A stretch of 64,000 nucleotides of DNA from assembly GCA_965116875.1 (NCBI GenBank), contig OZ220733.1, positions 1,760,001 through 1,824,000 of the forward strand, given 5' to 3'. The notes beneath the pieces were generated by a model, which made no database searches, was not told the DNA's origin, and saw only the letters and a list, made by a program, of their open reading frames with translations. Positions 1-9,614 of the stretch are shown piece by piece; within the stretch, counting starts at the first letter, position 1; each line of letters opens with the position of its first letter. A program made the position numbers and the translations under genes. Origin of the DNA: Candidatus Latescibacterota bacterium. GTDB taxonomy: Bacteria > Latescibacterota > UBA2968 > GCA-2709665.

Positions 1-833
1 TTCTGCAGGGCCGCGAGTTCATTGGCGCGATACATGGAGTCGCGGCGAATGGTCTCCACCATGAACACCTTGAGTTTCTGCGCGTGTTCGTACTTTTCTC
101 TTGCCTCGTTGAATTTGTCTCGCGAGGCGAGGTTGTTCTCGAACAGCGCTTTCTCTTTCCGGAAGTCGCGTTCCGACTTCTGAAGTTCCAGTTCGATATC
201 CATCAGGGAGCGCTTGCGCTCGATATCCTGGATCTCCTGGTTCAGACGGGTGTTTTCCATCCTGTTGATCTGCTCGAACAGCTGTGCCTCCTGGCTCAAC
301 ACGGTCTGTTCCAGCGTGGGGTTCGACATCCGCAGGATTGGCGTGCCCTGGTCGACCATCGCTCCCACTTCCAGGTAAATCTCTTCCACCTGCCCGCCCT
401 CCAGTGCATCCAGGTAGTGCGTCTGAATGGGCATCACCGTTCCGCGCTGCGGGATGAACTCCTGGAAGGGACCGATGGTGACTTCGGATATCGTGATTCG
501 CTCCGCCTGCACGTTCAGCCTGGCGCTGTGGTCGCCGAAAATGGCCATATAGAACACCAGCCCCACAAAACCCGCGACCGCCCCCGCGGTGATGATGCGC
601 TTCGGCGTCCACAGCTTCTTCTCGATCCTGCGGTCCATCCCGCCGGATGGCGTCTCCCGTTCAGACGCGGAGGCGCCCGGATTCACGAAACCGGGAACAG
701 GTTTGTCTCCACCAACGGAGTCCGCCGGACCTTGAGACGCCTCCCGATCGGAACCCTGCCGATCGGACGCCGCACCGGTGCGATTCAGCCGCAGCACGCG
801 TCCCTTGTCCTTTTTCGGTTTTTGCTCTTCCAT
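1..833 (-). CDS. Efflux periplasmic adaptor (membrane fusion protein, HlyD/MacA/YknX-like), 3' end outside window
   Basis: Hand translation (absent from ORF track): ATG 638 gives MDRRIEKKLWTPKRIITAGAVAGFVGLVFYMAIFG...GPFQEFIPQRGTVMPIQTHYLDALEGGQVEEIYLEVGAMVDQGTPILRMSN (TM anchor, lipoyl half-motif, coiled coil). Frame is open up to ATG 833, so the start is uncertain. Confidence 0.85.
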   Translation of the reverse strand, partial: MEEQKPKKDKGRVLRLNRTGAASDRQGSDREASQGPADSVGGDKPVPGFVNPGASASERETPSGGMDRRIEKKLWTPKRIITAGAVAGFVGLVFYMAIFGDHSARLNVQAERITISEVTIGPFQEFIPQRGTVMPIQTHYLDALEGGQVEEIYLEVGAMVDQGTPILRMSNPTLEQTVLSQEAQLFEQINRMENTRLNQEIQDIERKRSLMDIELELQKSERDFRKEKALFENNLASRDKFNEAREKYEHAQKLKVFMVETIRRDSMYRANELAALQ

Positions 834-893
834 CGTTTGACTCAACGTCCTCTGAAACGCCGACCTCCAGCACTGCCGGATTTCAGGCCGCCG

Positions 894-1505
894 CTATGCG
901 CTCCTCTCCATTCCCTGCCGCTCGACCTCCCGCCTCAACCCCTGCCGCCCCCTGTACATCCAGACCTTCAGCGTTCCCATCGGTACCTGCAATTCCTCGG
1001 CGATCTCATCGTAGGACCGATCCATAAGATAATGCAGACAGACCGCCTCGCGGTGACGTTCCGGCAGCGCATGGATGCTCCCCTTCACGATTTCCCCGCG
1101 TTCCTTTCGGACCATCGCCATTTCGGGATCTTCGCCAGCCGCCGGCAGCCAGCGCGCCTGGATCGCGGGCGCGGCATCCTCAAGGTCGTGCAACCAGGTC
1201 TTCCGCTTTTTCAATGAACGCAGATGATTCGTAGACTCATTCAAAGCGATGCGCGTGAGCCACGTGGTGAATGCAGCATGCCCGCGAAATCCGGCCAGCC
1301 CCAGAAAGGCCTTGATAAAGACCATTTGAACCAGATCCTCGGTCTCGTCCGGGTTCTCGGAATCCCGGCGCACAATTGCACACACCCGGTCGCGGTGCGC
1401 CCTGTAAAGGTACGTATAGGCCCACTCGTCACCTGAAAGCGCCCGATCGATCAACTCCGCGTCGGTTTCAGGCGCGACGTCCAGGTTCCTGCAATCACAT
1501 TTCAT
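894..1505 (-). CDS. ECF RNA polymerase sigma-70 factor
   Basis: Region 2 (EDLVQMVFIKAF...FTTWLTRIALN) and region 4 (LPERHREAVCLHYLMDRSYDEIAEELQVPMGTLKVWMYRGR). Start ATG 1505 chosen; uncertain. Confidence 0.9.
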   Translation of the reverse strand: MKCDCRNLDVAPETDAELIDRALSGDEWAYTYLYRAHRDRVCAIVRRDSENPDETEDLVQMVFIKAFLGLAGFRGHAAFTTWLTRIALNESTNHLRSLKKRKTWLHDLEDAAPAIQARWLPAAGEDPEMAMVRKERGEIVKGSIHALPERHREAVCLHYLMDRSYDEIAEELQVPMGTLKVWMYRGRQGLRREVERQGMERSA

Positions 1506-1575
1506 CTCATCGGAAATTGTATACACTCCTTCTTGTATCGAATTTACGGAATTTGACGACCTGGCGGATTTATAA

Positions 1576-1692
1576 AGCGACAACCGTGCCAACAACCATT
1601 TCTATATATTTTTCAACTATTTAGCGCTATTCCTCCCGAGAGCGTGACAAACAAGTGTTCGTTTTTGATACACTAATGTCCGAAAACGAACA
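1576..1692 (-). promoter_or_regulatory. Sigma-54 promoter with IHF-like site and tandem enhancer (UAS)
   Basis: Minus strand TGGCAC-GGTTG-TCGCT (1576-1591); TTCAACTATTTA (1612-1623); TGTTCGTTTTTGATACA and TGTCCGAAAACGAACA boxes (1656-1692). Confidence 0.75.
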
Positions 1693-1718
1693 GTTTGACG
1701 ATACCGGCAGAGCAAGTT

Positions 1719-4067
1719 TCACTCCGTACGCAGCGCATCCACCGGATTCGCCCACGCGGCCCGGATGGCCTGAAAGCTCACGGTCAGCAGCACGGCCAGA
1801 AGCACGAACGCACCGCCCAATGCAAAGGTCGGAATATCCGGGTCACTACGGTACGCGAAATCCTGCAGCCATCGATCCGTCGCATAGTACGCCGCGGGGA
1901 AAGCAATGAGACTCGCAATGACAACAAGCTTAACGAAGTCCCTGGATAACAGGGCGACGATTCCGGAACCACGAGCGCCCAGGACCCGCCGGATCCCGAT
2001 CTCCCGGGTCCGCCTGGCCACTGCAAGGGCTGTGAGTCCGAACGCACCGAGGCATGCGATGAAGACCGCAAGCAGCGCCGCGTACCCCACGATCCGGTTC
2101 CATCGCTCTTCGTTCCTGTATTGGGCGTCTACTTGATCGTCAAGAAACGAATAATGAAACGCGTTGCCCGGCGCCACCTTCCGCCACTTCTCCTCCAGGA
2201 AGGCCAACGCAGCGGAGACGTTCTCAGCACGGATCCTGACAAGCATGTTTCGAGACGCACGTGGAATGAAGGACAATACCATGGGTCCGATCGTCTCGTG
2301 CAAAGAGCAAAAATGGAAGTCGTTGACTACACCGATTACGGTGAAGTCCCGGTTGTTTCTGCGCAGTATCCTGCCCGCGACCGCTCCCTTCCATCCGAAA
2401 CGGCGGACAAGGGTCTCGTTGACGATCAGGGACCGCGATGAACCCCGCCTCACCGGATCGAAATCGGCCCCTTCCACGAGTCTGACGCCCATGGTCTCCA
2501 GGAAATTGTGGCCGACTCTGACATCTTCGACATCGATTTTTTCGCCTTCATATTCTACGATATCATGGTGCTGCGTCCTGTTGCTCAGCATGTGACCTGT
2601 CGTTGTTACCCCTTGTATCAGATGGTGCCGTATCAATTCGTTCCTGTACACCTCGTGCAGTTGTAAATCCGGCCGCCGCGGATCAATTGCCTGGATGCTC
2701 ACAAGATGTTCACTATCAAACCCCAGCGGTTTCGTCCTCAGGTACTCCACTTGCCGAACCATCACCAGCGCACTGACAACCAGGAAAATGGAAAGCGCGA
2801 ATTGCAATATCACGAGCGCCCGGCCGAGACGGTTCGTCCCTCCCTGCATGCTACGGCCTTTCAAAGCCACGGCGGGCTGGGCGGCTGACAGCACGAAGGC
2901 CGGGTAGCCGCCCGCCGCGAGTCCGACGGTCACAGCCAGTCCGATAAGAAAGGCCACGCCCGCGCCGTCCGCCTGATCGCCCAGGGAGAGGTCCTTGACC
3001 ACAGCGCTATTGAAAACCGGAAGGAAGAGTTCCGCGACACACACCCCGGCAACCAGCGCCAAAACGCTTAATGCCATCGATTCTCCAAGGAATTGCGTCA
3101 CCAGCTGTTTCCGTGATGCGCCTGTCACCTTTCGCATCGCCATCTCCCGGTCGCGAGAAAACGACCGGCCCACGGCGAGGGTAATGAAGTTCACGCAAGC
3201 AATCGTCAGGACGAGGAAGGCGATACCGAGAAGAATATATGAAAGCGCCGGATTTCCTGCTCCGGCGGGTCCCCGCTTACTCCGGTTGAGATGCATCTCC
3301 AGCAGCGGCTGCAAGCCCACTGACTCGTCCCACCGTTCTCCCCGTCGTGTCTTCAGTACCTTCGAAAGCGAATCTTCCACTTCTGCCGGACGCACGTGTT
3401 CCGGTAGAAATGCAAACGTCTGGATTGCGCTCATGGACCATGACGGTCCTATCGACTTGCTTCTGGCGGCAAACGGGTACAGAAAATCGAAACGGATGCT
3501 GGAGTTCCCGGGAATGGATTTCGCGATCCCGGTGATAACGAAATCCCGCACCACCGGCGGTCGTCCGAAAAATTCGAGCGTAAGTGCTTTTCCGATAGGA
3601 TCTTCGTCCCCGAAATATTCCCGCGAAGCGACCTCGGTGACGACAAGAGAGTATGGATCATTCAAGACCGTCATCGGGTCTCCTCGCAACAGGGGAAAAG
3701 TGAACACATCCAGAATCGCCGGGTCGGCAGCTCTGAAACTTGCGTGTATTTTCCGATCCTGATACTTCGCGGACAATACGCCCCCAGGCCCAACCCTGGC
3801 GGTCCGAGCGCCCGGAATCGCCGCCTCCAGCGCCGGGCCAAGGGGGGCGGGGGTCATGCTCCTCGCGCCTGTACGATCAACGATATAGGCCCGATAGATT
3901 CGATCCGCGTTCTCGTGGAATGTGTCGTACGTCCACTCGTTCCGTACGTACAGGAACGTCAGAATGCAAAATGCGATCCCGATCGACAGGCCCGCCACGT
4001 TGATCAGGGAATAAACCTTGTGCCGCATGAGATTGCGATACGCAACGATCAGGTAATTTCTGAGCAT
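1719..4067 (-). CDS. ABC transporter permease, duplicated MacB/FtsX-type (paralog 1)
   Basis: 782 aa; N-terminal YSLINVAGLSIGIAFC, two MacB periplasmic plus FtsX modules, RRTREIGIRRVLGA and ANPVDALRTE tail. Confidence 0.93.
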   Translation of the reverse strand: MLRNYLIVAYRNLMRHKVYSLINVAGLSIGIAFCILTFLYVRNEWTYDTFHENADRIYRAYIVDRTGARSMTPAPLGPALEAAIPGARTARVGPGGVLSAKYQDRKIHASFRAADPAILDVFTFPLLRGDPMTVLNDPYSLVVTEVASREYFGDEDPIGKALTLEFFGRPPVVRDFVITGIAKSIPGNSSIRFDFLYPFAARSKSIGPSWSMSAIQTFAFLPEHVRPAEVEDSLSKVLKTRRGERWDESVGLQPLLEMHLNRSKRGPAGAGNPALSYILLGIAFLVLTIACVNFITLAVGRSFSRDREMAMRKVTGASRKQLVTQFLGESMALSVLALVAGVCVAELFLPVFNSAVVKDLSLGDQADGAGVAFLIGLAVTVGLAAGGYPAFVLSAAQPAVALKGRSMQGGTNRLGRALVILQFALSIFLVVSALVMVRQVEYLRTKPLGFDSEHLVSIQAIDPRRPDLQLHEVYRNELIRHHLIQGVTTTGHMLSNRTQHHDIVEYEGEKIDVEDVRVGHNFLETMGVRLVEGADFDPVRRGSSRSLIVNETLVRRFGWKGAVAGRILRRNNRDFTVIGVVNDFHFCSLHETIGPMVLSFIPRASRNMLVRIRAENVSAALAFLEEKWRKVAPGNAFHYSFLDDQVDAQYRNEERWNRIVGYAALLAVFIACLGAFGLTALAVARRTREIGIRRVLGARGSGIVALLSRDFVKLVVIASLIAFPAAYYATDRWLQDFAYRSDPDIPTFALGGAFVLLAVLLTVSFQAIRAAWANPVDALRTE

Positions 4068-4238
4068 GGGTCCCGTACCTTTATGGGAGTGATGCGGACG
4101 TGAAACGAGCCGTTGCGTTCATTTTCACTTATTTTGTAGTGACGTTCAGGAAGCGGGTGTGAAGGTGGGACGGACGTTCCTGTCTGCCCACATCGGCGCG
4201 CGACCCTGGCCGCACTCCGGTCTCGTAACGCTTTCGGC

Positions 4239-4630
4239 TTATCGCGCCTTCAGTCGAATCGATCCGTTCACGGTTTTCAGGTGAATCAGTTCCCCGCCGC
4301 CGTTGATGACGCCGTCGTCGGATTCAGGCGCGACGTCCAGGTTCCTGCATTCACATTTCATCTCATCGGAAATTGTATACACTCCTTCTTGTATCGAATT
4401 TGCGTATTTTGACGACCTCGCGGATTGATAAAGCGACAACCGTGCCAACAATCATTTCTATATATTTTTCAACTATTTAGCGCTATTCCTCACAAGAGCG
4501 CGACAAACAAGTGTTCGTTTTTGATACACTAATGTCCGAAAACGAACAGTGTCGGCGATACTGACAGAGCAAGTTTCACTCCGTACGCAGCGCATCCACC
4601 GGATTCGCCCACGCCGCCCGGATGGCCTGG
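4239..4630 (-). pseudogene. Chimeric duplicated remnant: permease 3' tip, sigma-54 promoter/UAS, and ECF 5' end fused to DUF4097 3' end
   Basis: 4324-4630 is a near-identical direct copy of ~1468-1771; 4239-4318 copies ~5863-5941 (DGVINGGGELIHLKTVNGSIRLK). Confidence 0.85.
4432..4548 (-). promoter_or_regulatory. Second copy of sigma-54 promoter and UAS, upstream of permease paralog 1
   Basis: TGGCAC-GGTTG-TCGCT at 4432-4447 (minus); UAS boxes at 4512-4548 identical to those at 1656-1692. Confidence 0.7.
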
Positions 4631-4660
4631 AGCGCGATGGCGTGTCAGCTCACTTCGTGT

Positions 4661-5572
4661 TTATTGAGCCATCAGCCGCTCAATGGCTTCGTCCAATATC
4701 CTGTGCGTCGTGGGGCTGCCTCCAACCTGATCGTATACCACCTCTCCGCTTGGATTGATGATGACGTTTCTGGGAAGCGCATTCCCGAAAATTTCTATAA
4801 CCGTTTCGTTGTACAGTGCCTGGGTGTATGCAAAATTGCGACTTTCGAGGAACCGCGAAAGGTCTTCTCTTTTATCGGTCGCAATGGCAAGGAATGAAAT
4901 ACGGTCATTGCCGCTGAATTTCTCTACCAGTTCATTCAACCCGGGCATCTCGGCAATACACGGCGAACAGGTGGTGGCCCACCAGTTGATCACCACGAAT
5001 TCGCCTCTCAGATCCGCGATTGCCAGAGAATCGCCGTTGAGAAGCTGTACCCGGAAGTCCGGGATTTGAGTCTGCCACTTCAGCCGATTATCGTCGGCCT
5101 CGCCTGATTCGTCTCCTCGAACCGAAGCGGAATACGTTTGGTCTTCCTGTCTGTATAACAGCAGTCCGTGGGAGAGTATGACCCGGATCTCGACGTTGAC
5201 GGTTCCCTGAGTTGCGCCAAGTGTCTTCAGGTCAACCGATCCGCTGTAGAAGTCCGAATCGCCCCGCTTCATTGATCCGGTGGTCATCCTGACGTTTCCT
5301 ATATTGTCAAGGCCAGCCACCCAGAACCGGTCCTTGCTCTTGCCATCCTTCCCCCAGACGACAACCACGGATCCTGTAGCGCCTTCCACGTTGATCTGCG
5401 CCTGCTTTATATCGGTCCAGGAAAGTCGGTTCAAAGGCGAGATTTCTGGTGCACCGTCCACGAAAAAGGATGCGAAAAACGTCTCCGGCTTCTCGGCAGC
5501 CCGGGTCTCACCGTCGTGGAGGGTCAGCGCGAGCAGGGAGCAGATGCCAACCACCAGTACCGTTCTGACCAT
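4661..5572 (-). CDS. TlpA-like thiol-disulfide reductase with signal peptide and extra N-terminal domain
   Basis: VVINWWATTCSPCIAEMPGL (CxxC) and cis-Pro loop ALPRNVII; hydrophobic N-terminus from ATG 5572. Confidence 0.85.
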   Translation of the reverse strand: MVRTVLVVGICSLLALTLHDGETRAAEKPETFFASFFVDGAPEISPLNRLSWTDIKQAQINVEGATGSVVVVWGKDGKSKDRFWVAGLDNIGNVRMTTGSMKRGDSDFYSGSVDLKTLGATQGTVNVEIRVILSHGLLLYRQEDQTYSASVRGDESGEADDNRLKWQTQIPDFRVQLLNGDSLAIADLRGEFVVINWWATTCSPCIAEMPGLNELVEKFSGNDRISFLAIATDKREDLSRFLESRNFAYTQALYNETVIEIFGNALPRNVIINPSGEVVYDQVGGSPTTHRILDEAIERLMAQ

Positions 5573-5598
5573 GATATATCCCCTTACGTAGCGTTTAG

Positions 5599-5792
5599 CC
5601 TCAATTCCGCAAGAGCCGCAACGCGGCACCGCGACGAAACCTTTCGAAACGGGCCGAAATGGTCGTCATGAAGGACATTTTTTCCGTTCACGTACAGTGT
5701 CCTGGTGTATCCTGGAAATCAGCAGTTTAATCGCCTTTATTAACTCGCACATATTCGAATTAACATCCCCGAAAAATGATGAATCAAGGTTA
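5599..5792. repeat. ~195-bp non-coding segment, inverted copy of 60466-60660
   Basis: Manual alignment with the reverse complement of the ftsE upstream region shows about 14 differences. Confidence 0.9.
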
Positions 5793-5862
5793 GAGACGTC
5801 TATCAAGAAAGCAATCGTTATGACGGCGCCGGAAGCACTACCGAAGGCCGGACGCTTCCGAC

Positions 5863-6687
5863 TTATCGCTCCTTCAGCCGAATCGACCCGTTCACCGTCT
5901 TCAGATGAATCAGTTCCCCGCCGCCGTTGATGACGCCGTCGACGGACTTGCTGATGAGGCCCTTCACGGTAACCGGAAAATCCGTATTGATCTTCCCGTT
6001 CACCGTGGATGCTTTCAGGTTTGCATTCAGCCCTTTTGGCAGCGTCGCCTCGATACCGCCGTTCGTCGTTGCGGCGCGGATCTCGTGCTGTTGTTCGCCG
6101 CTCCCGCCAACCGCCACCTCGATGCTTCCGTTCGTCGTTTTCGCGTTGATTGGACCCAGGACGTCAGAGAGCCCGATTTTTCCGTTTGTCATCCCCGCCC
6201 GAATCGATCCAACGATGCGAGCAAGCCCGATCCGGCCGTTGGTCGTCTTTGCATCGACGGCGCCGGAAATATCCTTGACCTCTATGGTTCCATTGATCGT
6301 TTTCAGTTCCAGATCCATCATCTCAGGTACGTTAACTGTATAGGCGACGCTGACGTTCCGGTTCCTTCCTGGCTTTTTGGGTGCGTCCGTGCGGATATCG
6401 ATCCCCTGCTCGGTCCGGTCGAACTGCACCGTGGACTTCTCCAGAAGCCTCCTCGCCTCGTCTTCGCTTTCGGCACGTGCGCGCTTGACCGCCTTCATCT
6501 TCACTTCGTGCCGGTCCCAGGAATTGACCGATATATCCCCGTTCACGTTGACAATGGCGAGTCGTCCCCCCGGCGCAACCTCGACGGAACGCTCGACGAC
6601 CTCCTCTTCGACGACCTTCCCCGCGCCGCAGCCGGCGGGCAACAGACTAATGCTGAACGTCGCGATCAGAATGCAAACCGGTCTCAT
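5863..6687 (-). CDS. DUF4097-type beta-strand repeat (adhesin-like) lipoprotein
   Basis: Repeated TxNGxI motifs; lipobox-like LPAGC; GGAGG RBS before ATG 6687. Confidence 0.8.
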   Translation of the reverse strand: MRPVCILIATFSISLLPAGCGAGKVVEEEVVERSVEVAPGGRLAIVNVNGDISVNSWDRHEVKMKAVKRARAESEDEARRLLEKSTVQFDRTEQGIDIRTDAPKKPGRNRNVSVAYTVNVPEMMDLELKTINGTIEVKDISGAVDAKTTNGRIGLARIVGSIRAGMTNGKIGLSDVLGPINAKTTNGSIEVAVGGSGEQQHEIRAATTNGGIEATLPKGLNANLKASTVNGKINTDFPVTVKGLISKSVDGVINGGGELIHLKTVNGSIRLKER

Positions 6688-6766
6688 GCGGCAGCTACCT
6701 CCAGGTTGGGTTGTCGAATAAACCTTTTCTCGAGAGTCAGGAATTTTGTCCAAAATGCCGTTTCAA

Positions 6767-6907
6767 TTACCGTGGGTTGTATTTCTCGACAAACCTCTCC
6801 ACAGCTCTCACAAACCGGAAAGCCAATAGCAGGCCGTAGATGACCACTGCCGCGACCAAACCCATATATATGACGCCCATCATGGGAATCCATTCCGTAT
6901 GTAACAT
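6767..6907 (-). CDS. Small (46 aa) single-pass membrane protein
   Basis: GGAGGA RBS before ATG 6907; MLHTEWIPMMGVIYMGLVAAVVIYGLLLAFRFVRAVERFVEKYNPR. Confidence 0.65.
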   Translation of the reverse strand: MLHTEWIPMMGVIYMGLVAAVVIYGLLLAFRFVRAVERFVEKYNPR

Positions 6908-6998
6908 TGTTCCGTCCTCCGCAAAAAAGGGTCGATGACGTCGGTACGTGAAAGGCTTACTTGAAGAGAAAATACGCGAGTCTGAACGGTTCTGCAGC

Positions 6999-9365
6999 TT
7001 ATTCGTACCGCAATGCATCCACAGGGTTCGCACGGGCCGCCCGGATCGTCCGGGCACTCACCGTCAGCAGCACGACCGCCAGCGTCAGCAAACCTCCCAG
7101 AACGAACGTACCCACTCCCGGTCCGATACGATACGCGAAATCCCGCAACCACCGATCCATCGCCCACCAGGCGACCGGCCACGCGATTACATTCGCAACC
7201 CCCACCAGCAGCACGAACTCACGCGATAACAGACTCACGACGTCCGTCACACTTGCGCCCGATATTTTGCGGATGCCGATCTCCTTCGTCCGCCGGGTCA
7301 CGGCAAAAGCCGTCAATCCAAACGCCCCCAGACAGGCAACAAAAACCGCAAACATCGTTCCGTACACGATTATTCGATGCAGTCGCTCTTCGGTTCGGTA
7401 TTGGCGATCGATGCTTTCGTCGAGAAATGAATAGTGAAATCCCGGAGACTGTGTGACGGCTTCCCATCGATCCTTCATATATGCCAGTGTGCCGGGGATA
7501 TCTTCGGGGCGTACCCGCACCAGCAATCGGCGGAATTGATAATCCGGCTCGCATTTCAGGAGTGCGGGGCCGATCTTGTGGTGGAGAGATCGAAAATGAA
7601 AATCCCTCACCACCCCGATCACCGTCATTTCATTGAAAAATTTCAATGTTTTTCCGATCGGCGACCCCGGTCCCATTTGCCTGGCCAGCGTTTCGTTGAT
7701 TATCACGGACGCAGCAACGTCGGTCCCAAGATCCCGTGAATAATTCCGACCTTCGATCACTTCGATGTCCAGAGTCGGCACAAAGTCGTAATCAACGAAG
7801 AAGATCTCCACGCCCTTGAGGCCGATACCATCGTAAGATACACCACCGCGCGACTGTTGTCTGTTGTCCATCAGGTGGAACATTCCGGTCACGCCGAGAA
7901 TCGCGTGATGAGACAGGAGCGCGTCCCGATAGGTTTCAGCGCCATTGTTCTCCAGGTCTCGCAGCTTGCCGAGTTGACCGACGGCGATCAGGTGTTCACT
8001 GTCGAAGCCGAGAGGTTTTGCCCGCAGATGATCAAGCTGAAAGGTCACGATCAGGGCACAGATGACCAGAGCCGCGGACATCGCGATCTGGAAGACCAGG
8101 AGAAATCGGCCGAAAAATCCGGCGCCGCCAATTCTCAATCTGCCTGTCAGCACGTGAATCGGCATGAAACCGGAGATGACAAACGCCGGGTAGCTGCCGG
8201 CAAGCAATCCTACAACCAGGGCCAGACCGATCAACGCCGCAAATGCCGTTCCATCCAGATTCGCAACCAATGAAAGTTCCTGGTCCATCAAGCTGTTGAA
8301 CAACGGCATCAGCACTTCTGCCAGCACAAGGCCGACCAACAATGCGATAAGACTCAGGAGTATCGATTCCAATAGAAATCGCACAATGACCTGAGGTTTG
8401 TGCGCGCCAACCACCTTTCGTATACCAACTTCCCGCGCCCGGGATGGCGACCGTGCCAGCGCGAGGGTCGTAAAATTCACGCACGCGATAAATAGCGTCA
8501 GAACAGCAACACACAGCAGAATGTAGCCATATGCTGGGTCCGTGGCAGGTTCGGACGCACCGATATTCGGACTGAAATGCACATCCGCGAGCGGCTGCAG
8601 TTTCATTTCTTCCTTTTCACCCATGATGGGCCACGACCATTTCACGAAACGCGGGAACAAGCCTTCCAGCCCCGCAACGTCGATCTGATCGCGCAACAAC
8701 ACGTAGATGCTGGTATTGCTTACCATATTCCACGTGTTGAGCGCGTCCTCAACGTTCTCATAGGGCTGCAGACAGTCGAACTGAATGCTGGACGTTGAGG
8801 GAATATCCTTCAGGATGCCCGTAATCAGGGCCTGGTGCGCTTCTGAGTCTCTGGTAAATGATATCGATTTACCTATTGGATCTTCTCCACCGAAGTATCT
8901 CCGAGCCATTTTTTCCGTTATGACGATGGCATCCTTGCGATCAAGCGCTGTTTCCAGGTCGCCCTTCAACATCGGAAATGTAAAGACATCCCGGAAACCC
9001 GGATCGACATATGCAATTCGTGCCCGAAATGAACGGTCTTTGGTTCTGAATGTGTGAGACGTGTAGTAAATTCTCACCACCCGTTGCATTTGTGTGGGAA
9101 ATGCTTCCGCCAACGCAGGACCGAGAGGTCCCGGCATCGTCGCCATGGCGACACTTCCCCCGCCCGCTTCTCCTCTGCTGTACACGCGATATATCCGTTC
9201 TGCTTTTTCGTGAAATGCGTCAAAAGACCATTCGTGCCGCACATACAGAACCGCCAGAATGGAAACAGAAATCCCAATCGCCAGCCCGACGACATTGATC
9301 GCCGAATACGCCTTAAAGCGCATCAGGTTCCGGTATGCTGCGATCAGGTAGTTACGAAACATCAA
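6999..9365 (-). CDS. ABC transporter permease, MacB/FtsX-type (paralog 2)
   Basis: 788 aa; REVGIRKVVGA, KEIGIRKISGA and ANPVDALRYE motifs. Confidence 0.93.
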   Translation of the reverse strand: MMFRNYLIAAYRNLMRFKAYSAINVVGLAIGISVSILAVLYVRHEWSFDAFHEKAERIYRVYSRGEAGGGSVAMATMPGPLGPALAEAFPTQMQRVVRIYYTSHTFRTKDRSFRARIAYVDPGFRDVFTFPMLKGDLETALDRKDAIVITEKMARRYFGGEDPIGKSISFTRDSEAHQALITGILKDIPSTSSIQFDCLQPYENVEDALNTWNMVSNTSIYVLLRDQIDVAGLEGLFPRFVKWSWPIMGEKEEMKLQPLADVHFSPNIGASEPATDPAYGYILLCVAVLTLFIACVNFTTLALARSPSRAREVGIRKVVGAHKPQVIVRFLLESILLSLIALLVGLVLAEVLMPLFNSLMDQELSLVANLDGTAFAALIGLALVVGLLAGSYPAFVISGFMPIHVLTGRLRIGGAGFFGRFLLVFQIAMSAALVICALIVTFQLDHLRAKPLGFDSEHLIAVGQLGKLRDLENNGAETYRDALLSHHAILGVTGMFHLMDNRQQSRGGVSYDGIGLKGVEIFFVDYDFVPTLDIEVIEGRNYSRDLGTDVAASVIINETLARQMGPGSPIGKTLKFFNEMTVIGVVRDFHFRSLHHKIGPALLKCEPDYQFRRLLVRVRPEDIPGTLAYMKDRWEAVTQSPGFHYSFLDESIDRQYRTEERLHRIIVYGTMFAVFVACLGAFGLTAFAVTRRTKEIGIRKISGASVTDVVSLLSREFVLLVGVANVIAWPVAWWAMDRWLRDFAYRIGPGVGTFVLGGLLTLAVVLLTVSARTIRAARANPVDALRYE

Positions 9366-9614
9366 ATCCCTCTTTGAAACCGCCGGGCGGCGACAATCAT
9401 CTACCCTGTAAAATCACACGTAATCTTCATCGAAGCTCGCTTCCGCCACTTCGCCAGTTCCCTGTTGAGATCAGCATCGTCTCTCGATCAGGAAAACACA
9501 AGTTCTCACCAGGTGTCTGGCTGGTACTGTGCGAATTGTCCACGCGCCACATGGCCGGCCGATACGGCGCGAGTTCGGCGCGCCGGAATCCAGTGGCTCT
9601 CCGGTTGTGACCGC

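Noticed and set aside
84-1217. Long plus-strand ORF of 377 aa, and similar ones at 33108-33989, 38014-39291, 42350-43477 and 61563-63077
   Set aside because: Antisense shadow frames of well-supported genes in high-GC DNA.
9427-9612. Possible small gene between the DUF4870-like gene and permease paralog 2
   Set aside because: No convincing start, RBS or recognisable motif in any frame.
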